Positions 39,523 through 47,637 of a stretch of 64,000 bases of DNA are shown here, in pieces. Made by a program: the position numbers and the translations under genes. Source of the DNA: Candidatus Poribacteria bacterium (GTDB lineage: Bacteria; Poribacteria; WGA-4E; WGA-3G); NCBI GenBank assembly GCA_965197475.1, contig CBDANF010000003.1, positions 704,001 to 768,000 on the forward strand, given 5' to 3'. The notes under the pieces were generated by a model. It was not told the DNA's origin, made no database searches, and saw only the letters and a list, made by a program, of their open reading frames with translations. The stretch's first letter is position 1. Each line of letters opens with the position of its first letter.

Positions 39523-40569
39523 TTAGAAATCATCAACCAGTACATAATAGGTTCCTCTCGCTTTACCCTTTTTATTTAACAACCCACTTTGTACCAATGT
39601 CAACAATTCTTTATGAGCCGTTGCATGTGAAAGATCGGCAAGTTGCTGTAATTCCCGATTGGTAATTCGTCCATGCTTTTCGATATAGGCGAGAATAGCC
39701 AGCTGTCGTTCTGAAAGTGCCACTTGTCCAATTTTATCTCGTAAAGCTCTATCCCTGCTGTGGGTCAAGACCAATTCTTTAATCTTCTGCATTTCAGCTG
39801 CAATGCCAGCAGTAAAATACGCCAACCATGTTGTCAGTACGCCTGTTATCCGGACACTCTGCAAAGCTTCATAATAACCAGCTGGGTTCACATCGTAATA
39901 TTCTTCAAGAGAAAAGAGTTTTTTGATGTCGTAACCTGCATGGTAAAGAATGAGATTTGCAAGTGCGCGTGCTGTTCTTCCGTTACCATCAAGAAATGGA
40001 TGAATATCAACTAACTGGTAGTGAGCGATGCCTGCCTTAAGTAACGGGGATAGTTGATTTGCTTCGTCTGAACGCAACCAATCAACCAATTCAAGCATCA
40101 GAATCGGTACTTCAGAAGCAGGAGGAGGTGTGTAGATGACCTCTTTAGTTTTGTTGTTTACGACATAATTCTGGATTTTGCGAAATTCACCCGGTTCATA
40201 ACCTCCCTCAATCCCACCAAGTGTCAAGTAATGTATATGCCGAATCGTGCGGAGATCGAGTTCCATGTTAGGATCGCCATAAACTTCATCTATGAAGGCA
40301 GCGACTTTCAAATAATTGCGAACCTCTTGTATGTCTCGCTCTCGTGCTACAACGGTCTTGTCATCAATGAGGTCTCGAACCTGTTGTATAGTGAGTTGAG
40401 TCCCTTCAATCCGAGTAGTGTGATGTGCTTGACGGACTAACGCTTCCTTTTGAAGACGTGACTGCCAAACGGGAAGGATGGAAGAGTTTTCAATTACCTC
40501 TTTCGCACCTTCAATGTTCATCAGGTCTCTAACAATACTGTGTGTATATTCGAATTTAGGTGTAAACAT
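39523..40569 (-). CDS. Fic-domain protein with a C-terminal wHTH
   Basis: HPFLDGNGRTAR Fic motif; N-terminal TTRIEG inhibitory motif; ITNREL...G..RGTYY HTH. Confidence 0.92.
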   Translation of the reverse strand: MFTPKFEYTHSIVRDLMNIEGAKEVIENSSILPVWQSRLQKEALVRQAHHTTRIEGTQLTIQQVRDLIDDKTVVARERDIQEVRNYLKVAAFIDEVYGDPNMELDLRTIRHIHYLTLGGIEGGYEPGEFRKIQNYVVNNKTKEVIYTPPPASEVPILMLELVDWLRSDEANQLSPLLKAGIAHYQLVDIHPFLDGNGRTARALANLILYHAGYDIKKLFSLEEYYDVNPAGYYEALQSVRITGVLTTWLAYFTAGIAAEMQKIKELVLTHSRDRALRDKIGQVALSERQLAILAYIEKHGRITNRELQQLADLSHATAHKELLTLVQSGLLNKKGKARGTYYVLVDDF

Positions 40570-40578
40570 AATGTGACC

Positions 40579-41433
40579 TCAATCTATTTGTGGGTCAAGC
40601 GCGTCTCGCAGCGCATCTCCAAGTAAGTTGAAACCTAAGACGATGAGAAAGATTGCCATGCCGGGAGCAGTAACAGCCAACGGTGCTTTGCGAATATACT
40701 TTGTATTTTCATTCAACATTGCCCCCCATTCAGGCACACCAACCTCCGCACCGAGTCCGAGAAAACTGAGTCCAGCAGCATCTAAAATCGCAGCACCGAT
40801 ACCCAAAGTGGCTTGGACAATCAACGGGGCAAGACAGTTCGGTAGAACGGTCGTAACCAGAATCCGGATGTCGCTTGCGCCAATAACTTTCGCTGCGGTA
40901 ACGTAATCTAACTCGCGCACCTTGAGAACGGAGGCGCGTAAAATCCGCGCATACTGTGGAATATAGACAATAGAAACAGCGATAATTGCATTGGTAAGAC
41001 TCTGCCCCAAAATAGTGACAATGACCATCGCGAGAAGAATACTCGGCATGGCAAGTAACATATCCATCACACGCATGAGCAAGTTGTCTAACCATCCACC
41101 AAAATAGCCGGCGATTGCGCCGAACAGGGTGCCGAGTCCAAGCGAAAAGGTGATCGCGATAAAACCGACTTTCAGAGAGATACGGGAACCGTAAACGACT
41201 CGACTAAACACATCACGTCCGGTGCCATCTGTGCCAAGGTGGTACTCACTAGACCTGCCTTTGAGACGTTTCGCGATATCAGTTCTCATCGGATCGTGCG
41301 TTGCTAAAAGCGGCGCGAAGATTGCTACGATAATGAAAAAGAGGATAATTGATGCACCGATAGTAGCAGAGCGGTGTCGCAAGAGTTTTCTAAAGACGTG
41401 GTGTTGACCAGTTGATGCTGAAGGCGTGTTCAT
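40579..41433 (-). CDS. Peptide ABC transporter permease (DppC/OppC)
   Basis: HLGTD..GRD.FSR..YG.RISL, EAA-like loop, NLLGDALRDALDP. Confidence 0.92.
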   Translation of the reverse strand: MNTPSASTGQHHVFRKLLRHRSATIGASIILFFIIVAIFAPLLATHDPMRTDIAKRLKGRSSEYHLGTDGTGRDVFSRVVYGSRISLKVGFIAITFSLGLGTLFGAIAGYFGGWLDNLLMRVMDMLLAMPSILLAMVIVTILGQSLTNAIIAVSIVYIPQYARILRASVLKVRELDYVTAAKVIGASDIRILVTTVLPNCLAPLIVQATLGIGAAILDAAGLSFLGLGAEVGVPEWGAMLNENTKYIRKAPLAVTAPGMAIFLIVLGFNLLGDALRDALDPQID

Positions 41434-42452
41434 TTTGCTTCGTCTCCGACTCGGATGCGTGGATCAAAGTAAGCATACAGTAGGTCAACAATGAGGTTGA
41501 CAAACATAAAAAGAGCAGAAACGAAAAGCACGCCGCCCTGGACAGCGCGGACATCGCGTGCTTCAACAGCATCGCGTAACCATGAACCGAGACCGGGCCA
41601 TGAGAAAATATGTTCGGTTAAGATTGCCCCTCCCATTAGATAGCCGAATTCAAGACCTATGACTGTCAAAATAGGGACCATACTATTTTTCAGTGCATGT
41701 TTGATAATAACTGTCCATTTCGATAAGCCTTTGGCATAAGCCGTAGTAATGTATGGTTGATTTAAAACCTCAAGCAGACTTGAACGGGTCATCCGGGCAA
41801 TAATTGCTAACGGAATTGTACCTAAGGTAATTGCGGGGAGTATAAGGTGTGCGATGGCATCCTTAAATGCGACGAAATTGCCCACAAGTAAGGTGTCAAT
41901 CAGATAGAATCCTGTGCGAGATTCTATGTCTAAACTCAAAATGGTATCCAAACGCCCAGTGGCAGGAAAAATATTTAAATAATAGGAAAAAAGCAGAATG
42001 AGCATCAACCCAAGCCAGAATATCGGCATAGAGATGCCCGCAAGAGATGTGGACATTGAAAAATAGTCCCAAAATCTGCCACGATAGACAGCCGCTATGA
42101 TTCCTGCCGTTATGCCGAAAAAGATGGAGAATACCATGGCTGCGAGAGTTAATTCAGCGGTTGCGGGAAAATAACGTTTGATTTCGTCAATAACGAGCTG
42201 TTTTGTTTTAAAGGAGCGTCCTAAGTCAAGATGCACAAGATCCCAAAGGAATTTTCCGTATTGGTAGAACAGTGGTTTATCAAGTCCAATATCCTCACGG
42301 ATTTGTTTGAGAACTTCTTCGGTAGCCCGTTCTCCAGCAATCGTGAGGGCTGCATCGCCAGGAATCAGATGGACCATCAAGAATACAAGGAGGGATACTC
42401 CAAGAAGTGATAAACCGATGGAGAGAAAACGTTGGACTAAATACGACAGCAA
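41430..42452 (-). CDS. Peptide ABC transporter permease (DppB/OppB)
   Basis: GLDKPL..QY, SMPIFWLG, Y..TA.AKGL, HALKN, DLLYA..DPR; TTG start. Confidence 0.92.
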   Translation of the reverse strand: MLSYLVQRFLSIGLSLLGVSLLVFLMVHLIPGDAALTIAGERATEEVLKQIREDIGLDKPLFYQYGKFLWDLVHLDLGRSFKTKQLVIDEIKRYFPATAELTLAAMVFSIFFGITAGIIAAVYRGRFWDYFSMSTSLAGISMPIFWLGLMLILLFSYYLNIFPATGRLDTILSLDIESRTGFYLIDTLLVGNFVAFKDAIAHLILPAITLGTIPLAIIARMTRSSLLEVLNQPYITTAYAKGLSKWTVIIKHALKNSMVPILTVIGLEFGYLMGGAILTEHIFSWPGLGSWLRDAVEARDVRAVQGGVLFVSALFMFVNLIVDLLYAYFDPRIRVGDEAK

Positions 42453-42509
42453 TATTCAAGCCTCACACAGCACAGACAAGGAACCTGCACGCCTACGCAG
42501 TTTGTGAAC

Positions 42510-43337
42510 TTAGAAAAATGGATTGTGTAATTTTTCTTCACCCACGGTAGTTGCCGGACCGTGACCTGGAAAAAGTCTCACATCATCTGGAAGCGTGAGC
42601 AGATTATCTCGAACACTATTAATTTCATCTTGATATGAGATGTTTGGACCTCCAACAGAACCCGCGAAAATAGCATCACCAACAAAAGCAGCCGTTTGCG
42701 TAAGAAAACTACAACCGCCCGGGGTATGTCCTGGAGTATCAAGCACAGTCACCATGAGCGCACCGATTTCAACAACATCCGAATGAACAAGTTCCCGCAA
42801 TTTGCCAGCACTCCGGGGTTTCGGTTCATTCTTATGGATATATGCTTGGCATCCGGTAGCGTTTTGGAGTTGTGGTAATCCATCGGCGTGATCTTTGTGT
42901 GAGTGGGTCAGAAGGATCGCTGTTGGGTTAACTTTATGTGCATCAAGTTTTTCCAAAATTAGGTCAGGGTGTGCGACGGTGTCAATAATTGCGGCTTCGT
43001 CTGTGGCTTTGCAGATCAAGAGGTAGGCGTTGACTGGCCATCCACCAACAGGCGCGCTCACTGTAATAACATCAAGGTTTGCGGCATCAAGCTGCTGAAC
43101 AGGATCAGGCTCCCACTGTTCTGTAGCAATGGCAAGTAGTTTGGTGCCATCTAAATTAAGCACATCTGCAAGTTTATAGACTTGCGCTTTTGTCGGTTTT
43201 AAGGTATACTTTTCCATACGAGATAGATCCGACTCTGCAATTCCAGCAGCTGTGGCAGTTTCACGCTGAGACATGTTTTGTCCACGTCGGGCTTTACCAA
43301 TGATGTCACCAAATTCGTCTTCAAGTGCGTATGCCAT
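42510..43337 (-). CDS. XRE-type HTH fused to a metallo-beta-lactamase-fold hydrolase (glyoxalase II-like)
   Basis: N-terminal IGKARR..NMSQ.E.A...GI....LSRME; THSHKDH, TPGHTPG, GDAIF, PGHGP. Confidence 0.85.
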   Translation of the reverse strand: MAYALEDEFGDIIGKARRGQNMSQRETATAAGIAESDLSRMEKYTLKPTKAQVYKLADVLNLDGTKLLAIATEQWEPDPVQQLDAANLDVITVSAPVGGWPVNAYLLICKATDEAAIIDTVAHPDLILEKLDAHKVNPTAILLTHSHKDHADGLPQLQNATGCQAYIHKNEPKPRSAGKLRELVHSDVVEIGALMVTVLDTPGHTPGGCSFLTQTAAFVGDAIFAGSVGGPNISYQDEINSVRDNLLTLPDDVRLFPGHGPATTVGEEKLHNPFF

Positions 43338-43435
43338 GAATGTTGTTCTCCTTTATTGTAGGTTGACAGAAATTATAGCAAATAAATCGGTATAAAGCAA
43401 TTCAAAATAGAAAGAGTGGAAGAAGGAGGAATCTT

Positions 43436-44008
43436 ATGCACGTTCCAAAAAACGGTTATGAACAGGCTGAGATATCGCTTGCGCCAATAAAAACTGATAT
43501 GACATTAGAAGAATTCCTTCAAAATGATATAGAGGGATATGAATACGTTAAAGGAGAATTAGTGCCGATGTCCCCACCGACGATGGAGCATGGTGAAATA
43601 AGTATGAGCCTTATTTTGCCTTTAGGTACATATATTCGTGAAAAACAGTTAGGTTGTCTGTACCCCGCAGATACAACATTTAAATTGGGTGACAGATTAG
43701 TGAAACCTGATATTGCGTTCGTTTCAAAAGAACGATTGCCTGAAAACAGACGTCAAGGATCACCCGTGCCTCCTGACCTGGCAGTTGAAGTGATTTCACC
43801 GACAGATTCCCAGTCTAAGGTTGTTGAAAAGGCTCTTGCTTATCTGGAAGCTGGGACACAGATAGTTTGGGTTCTCGAACCCAGATCGAAAACGGTAACC
43901 GTGTTTCGGTCGGAAACAGATATCAAAATACTCACACGCAAAGACATGCTCACAGGAGAGGATGTTGTTGAAGGCTTTTCCTGTCCGGTAGCACAACTTT
44001 TTGAATAG
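43436..44008 (+). CDS. Uma2-family endonuclease-like protein, copy 1
   Basis: YE...GEL, H, PD.AFV, PPDLAVEVISP, YLEAGT..VWV motifs. Confidence 0.9.
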   Translation: MHVPKNGYEQAEISLAPIKTDMTLEEFLQNDIEGYEYVKGELVPMSPPTMEHGEISMSLILPLGTYIREKQLGCLYPADTTFKLGDRLVKPDIAFVSKERLPENRRQGSPVPPDLAVEVISPTDSQSKVVEKALAYLEAGTQIVWVLEPRSKTVTVFRSETDIKILTRKDMLTGEDVVEGFSCPVAQLFE

Positions 44009-44049
44009 AGAAGATTGAAAGTAAATAAACACATTACAGAGGAAGGAAA

Positions 44050-44619
44050 ATGAACTCACAAGAAGTCCAAGAATACCCGCAAGAAATGCCCCCGTCAGAA
44101 CAAAGCACGATGACGTTGGATGAATTCCTTGAAAGCGATTTGGAGGGATATGAATACATTAAAGGAGAAATAATTCGGATGCCAGCTGCGTCATTGGAGC
44201 ACGGCTTAATTTGCTCAAGGGTCTTTTCACGTTTGGTTTTATATGTACAGGAACATCAACTTGGTGAAGTGGTGACACCGGACACGGGTTTCCAGGTGGG
44301 CGAACGCGTGCTGAAACCAGATGTTGCCTTCCTTTCTAAAGAGCGTCTGCCTGATGATACGAGTAGGGCATGCCCTGTACCACCTGACCTTGCTGTTGAA
44401 GTTATTTCCAAGTCAGATATTTCACTGAGGATTATTGAAAAAACATTCGCTTATCTGGAAGCTGGCACACAGATCGTTTGGGTTCTTGAACCTATTGGCA
44501 AGACAGTAACCGTATATCGATCGGAAACAGACATTAAGTTGCTCACACGCAAAGACACGCTCACTGGAGAGAATATCATTGAAGGATTTTCATGTCCAGT
44601 AGCACAACTTTTTGAATAA
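44050..44619 (+). CDS. Uma2-family endonuclease-like protein, copy 2
   Basis: Same motifs; C-terminus nearly identical to copy 1. Confidence 0.9.
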   Translation: MNSQEVQEYPQEMPPSEQSTMTLDEFLESDLEGYEYIKGEIIRMPAASLEHGLICSRVFSRLVLYVQEHQLGEVVTPDTGFQVGERVLKPDVAFLSKERLPDDTSRACPVPPDLAVEVISKSDISLRIIEKTFAYLEAGTQIVWVLEPIGKTVTVYRSETDIKLLTRKDTLTGENIIEGFSCPVAQLFE

Positions 44620-44628
44620 GGAGAATTT

Positions 44629-45387
44629 ATGAAACTTGGTTTAGTTACATATAATATGGCAAAAGATTGGGATATTCCCACGATCATTGAACGGTGTTCT
44701 GAAACAGGATTTGCAGGTGTTGAGTTGCGGACAACACACGCACACGGCGTTGAAGTTAGCCTCTCTGCAAGCGAACGTGCTGAAGTAAAACAACAGTTTG
44801 AGGATTCACCTATTGAGATTGCAGGTTTAGGATCCGCGTTTGACTATCATTCAGTTGATCAGGCAGCAGTTCGTAAGAATATAGATGGCACGAAAGAGTA
44901 TTCTCAGTTGGCAGCAGATGTGGGGGCACCGGGCGTAAAGGTCCGTCCGAATGGTCTCCCCGGTGAAGTTTCTGTCGAAAAAACGTTAGAACAAATAGGA
45001 TTGGCATTGCGAGAGTGTGGAGAATTTGCTGCTGATCTCGGTGTCCAGATTCGGTTAGAAGTACACGGCGGTGGCACCTCCGAACTCAGGCATATACGGA
45101 CTATTATTGATGTTGCTGATAATGATAATGTTTATGTATGTTGGAATTCTAACTTCAAAGAAGTTGAAAACGGATCTATCCAGAAAAACTTCAATTACGT
45201 CAAAGGTAGAATTGGCTTGGTTCATATCACAGAAATACACCGGAGGGAGTATCCATGGCGAGAACTTTTCACATCCTTGAAAGAGTCTGGATATTCGGGC
45301 TACACCTTGGCAGAAATTGCTGGGAGTTCTGATCCGGTAAGAGTGATGAATTTCTATCGGGCGTTATGGGAAGAATATAACAGATAA
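44629..45387 (+). CDS. Sugar phosphate isomerase/epimerase (TIM barrel)
   Basis: GFAGVELR, RLEVHG and GYSG...AE motifs. Confidence 0.8.
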   Translation: MKLGLVTYNMAKDWDIPTIIERCSETGFAGVELRTTHAHGVEVSLSASERAEVKQQFEDSPIEIAGLGSAFDYHSVDQAAVRKNIDGTKEYSQLAADVGAPGVKVRPNGLPGEVSVEKTLEQIGLALRECGEFAADLGVQIRLEVHGGGTSELRHIRTIIDVADNDNVYVCWNSNFKEVENGSIQKNFNYVKGRIGLVHITEIHRREYPWRELFTSLKESGYSGYTLAEIAGSSDPVRVMNFYRALWEEYNR

Positions 45388-45435
45388 TTGAGGAGTGCAC
45401 ATAAATAATTCGATGTGAATGTGCACTTAAAAGTA

Positions 45436-45460
45436 GTAGGCACGCTCCGCGTGCCGTAAC
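45436..45460 (+). repeat. GTAGGCAC REP-like hairpin
   Basis: GTAG-GCACGC-TCC-GCGTGC-CGTAAC. Confidence 0.65.
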
Positions 45461-45531
45461 CCAATTCGAAGAGGCGCAATTTATTGCGAAATCAATGCCA
45501 TTAGAGGCAATTGAAAAGGAGAATAATCTAA

Positions 45532-45641
45532 TACCATTTCTCAAAAATAACTTCTCTTAAAAAAATAGACAGTTCGTAGTCGCGCAATTCATTGCGCCTC
45601 TTACATTTTTTCAAAAGAGAAAATAATTTATAGAATTGGTA
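45532..45641. mobile_element. MITE, TACCAWTTCT family, carrying a GTAGTCGCGCAAT REP
   Basis: TIRs TACCATTTCTCAAAAATA / TAATTTATAGAATTGGTA; TAA on both flanks. Confidence 0.75.
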
Positions 45642-45645
45642 TAAG

Positions 45646-46407
45646 ATGAAAAATCTAATACTGATACTTTGTCTCACGAGTCTGATGATAATTTCTTTCA
45701 ACAATATTGATGCTGCAATTAATCCAGATTCGATTGTCGGTATCTGGCTCCTTGACGAAGGGCAAGGAGACACCGTCAAAGACACTTCTGGAAATGGGAA
45801 TGACGGAAAAATTATTAATGCCAAATGGACTAACGGGAAATTTGGAAAGGCACTTGAGTTTAATGGATCTGCTCGTGTAGAGATACCCCCAAGTGAATCT
45901 ATTGACGATTTTTGTGACGGGTTCACTTATCTGCTATGGGTAAAACCGACCGCCGCCCCTCCGAACGTTAACACACGCGTTATTGAACGTGATTGGCACA
46001 ATCCCACAATCCAAATTGGACCGGCTGATTTTTACGGAAGTATAGCGGTAAATGGTGACCAAGGCGCAACACACGTACGAGGCGGAACATGGGAACAGGG
46101 TGAGTGGAGTTTTGTTGCAATAACTCATGATGGAAACACACTTAAACTTTACGTAGACGGTGAATCTGTTGGTGAAAAGGCAGTCGGGAAACCTGACGAT
46201 AAACCAAATGGTCAACTTCGGCTTGCGTCTTGGAAAGATCCAGGTTGGACTTTTATTGGAATACTTGATGATGTTGGTGTTTTTAATACCCCGCTTTCTG
46301 ACAATGACATCAAGCAGATCATGGACAACGGTCTTGAAGAATCTTTAGCAGTTTCTGCTGTTGGCAAATTGGCAACGACATGGGCGCGTGTTAAAGAGAT
46401 GAGATAG
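45646..46407 (+). CDS. Secreted LamG-like jellyroll protein
   Basis: Signal peptide; W.LDEG.G....D.SGNGNDG, GKFGKALEF.G, W.FVA.T.DG....LYVDG, G.LDDV.VFN..L. Confidence 0.9.
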   Translation: MKNLILILCLTSLMIISFNNIDAAINPDSIVGIWLLDEGQGDTVKDTSGNGNDGKIINAKWTNGKFGKALEFNGSARVEIPPSESIDDFCDGFTYLLWVKPTAAPPNVNTRVIERDWHNPTIQIGPADFYGSIAVNGDQGATHVRGGTWEQGEWSFVAITHDGNTLKLYVDGESVGEKAVGKPDDKPNGQLRLASWKDPGWTFIGILDDVGVFNTPLSDNDIKQIMDNGLEESLAVSAVGKLATTWARVKEMR

Positions 46408-46443
46408 CAGACATGCGCGTACCGTAAAGTTATTCCTATTTTA

Positions 46444-46549
46444 TAGTTAAATCTAAGTGCGTATACAATTCCTTGTAGGCGCGCTTTATAGGCGCGCTTA
46501 CAAAGCGCGCCTCCCGTTAGTAGTGTTCAAGCAATTATGGGTTTTACTA
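46444..46549. mobile_element. MITE-like element, TAGTAAAACC family, with a GTAGGCGCGC REP
   Basis: Ends TAGTTAAATC / GGTTTTACTA with TTA and TAA flanks; right end similar to 39301-39433. Confidence 0.6.
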
Positions 46550-46554
46550 TAATC

Positions 46555-46971
46555 TACTAAAGTTTGGACAATTTTAGAGTTCTTGTGTCATAACTTAGGT
46601 TGATGGAACACCTTAGGTATTAACTGGATTATACTATACACCTGTCGCCCGTTGGGGCTTTAGACTGAGGCAATAGCCTTGTTCTATACACCTATCGCCC
46701 GCGGGGCTAATATTTGATCCTCTATCATTTATATTTTCTGCGATTTTGCTGACTGAAAGAGCTCGTAGAAAAATACTTTTGGGCAGCCCCAGCCAAATCA
46801 ACGCCAAATGCGCGTGTGGCATTTGGCGGGGCGGAATGTTTATAGAAAAGTGGTGTTCCAGGATACGGAGACCCAGCGGGGCGACAAGTGTCCAGCATTT
46901 TTTACTTTATACACCTAATAGTCTCTCAGCAAGTCCACTTGAACAGCGTGTAAATTGTCCAAACTATAGTA
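46555..46971. mobile_element. MITE, ACTAAAGTTTGGACAATTT family (long form)
   Basis: TIRs TACTAAAGTTTGGACAATTT / AAATTGTCCAAACTATAGTA; two forward and two reverse CTATA...GGGGCT repeats. Confidence 0.8.
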
Positions 46972-47020
46972 TAATCCTAATAGTCCGTTTAATGCAAAAT
47001 ATGAGTGATCAGGAGAAGTT

Positions 47021-47410
47021 ATGAATCAACTTGAATTTTATCAAGCAAAGTTAGAATATGAGACTGATTCTTGGGATCTCAGTGAAGCACTCAATAACGG
47101 AGAAGACATAGTTGTTATAGATACCCGTTCACCGGAGGCTTATGCACTTGAACACACACCAACATCAATTAATATCCCTCACAGATTGATGTGTAAGGCA
47201 ACTACAAGTCAGCTTGATAAATCAAAGTTGTACGTTACTTATTGTGACGGTATCGGTTGTAATGCTTCTACTAAAGGTGCATTGAATATGGCAAATTTAG
47301 GTTTTAATGTTAAAGAATTGCTCGGCGGCTTAGATTGGTGGCGGCGGGATGGTTATGAAACGAAAGGCAAGCAGGGCGTTCAGGGTAAGGAAATTAAATG
47401 TGGGTGTTGA
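47021..47410 (+). CDS. Rhodanese-like domain protein
   Basis: VIDTR, H.P.SINIP, YCDGIGCNAS, L.GG...W motifs; AGGAG RBS. Confidence 0.9.
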   Translation: MNQLEFYQAKLEYETDSWDLSEALNNGEDIVVIDTRSPEAYALEHTPTSINIPHRLMCKATTSQLDKSKLYVTYCDGIGCNASTKGALNMANLGFNVKELLGGLDWWRRDGYETKGKQGVQGKEIKCGC

Positions 47411-47434
47411 AATCAATAAAAAGTGCATTTTTAT

Positions 47435-47463
47435 TTGCAATTGGGTATATGATAATGTATAAT
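47435..47463 (+). promoter_or_regulatory. Promoter of the tRNA gene
   Basis: TTGCAA, 17-nt spacer, TATAAT. Confidence 0.7.
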
Positions 47464-47487
47464 TAAGATGCAATATCTGATTCATAT

Positions 47488-47560
47488 TCCCTCATAGCTC
47501 AGTTGGTAGAGCAGATGGCTGTTAACCATCGTGTCGGCGGTTCGAGTCCGTCTGGGGGAG
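47488..47560 (+). tRNA. tRNA-Asn (GTT); CCA not encoded
   Basis: Cloverleaf: acceptor TCCCTCA/TGGGGGA, D arm GCTC/GAGC, anticodon arm GATGG-CTGTTAA-CCATC, T loop TTCGAGT. Confidence 0.97.
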
Positions 47561-47564
47561 TTTC

Positions 47565-47607
47565 AAGTGATGCTGATGGATTTTAAAGTTCGTCAGCATC
47601 ACTTTTT
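47565..47607 (+). terminator. Intrinsic terminator (possibly bidirectional)
   Basis: AAGTGATGCTGA ... TCAGCATCACTTTTT. Confidence 0.8.
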
Positions 47608-47637
47608 AAATTAGGGATTTCTTAAAATCTATTCAAC

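Noticed and set aside
46634-47024. Small ORFs of 62 and 92 aa
   Set aside because: They are contained in MITE repeat sequence.
47488-47560. tRNA-Asn as an integration site for an island
   Set aside because: No integrase nearby, and I saw no duplicated tRNA 3' end elsewhere in the window.
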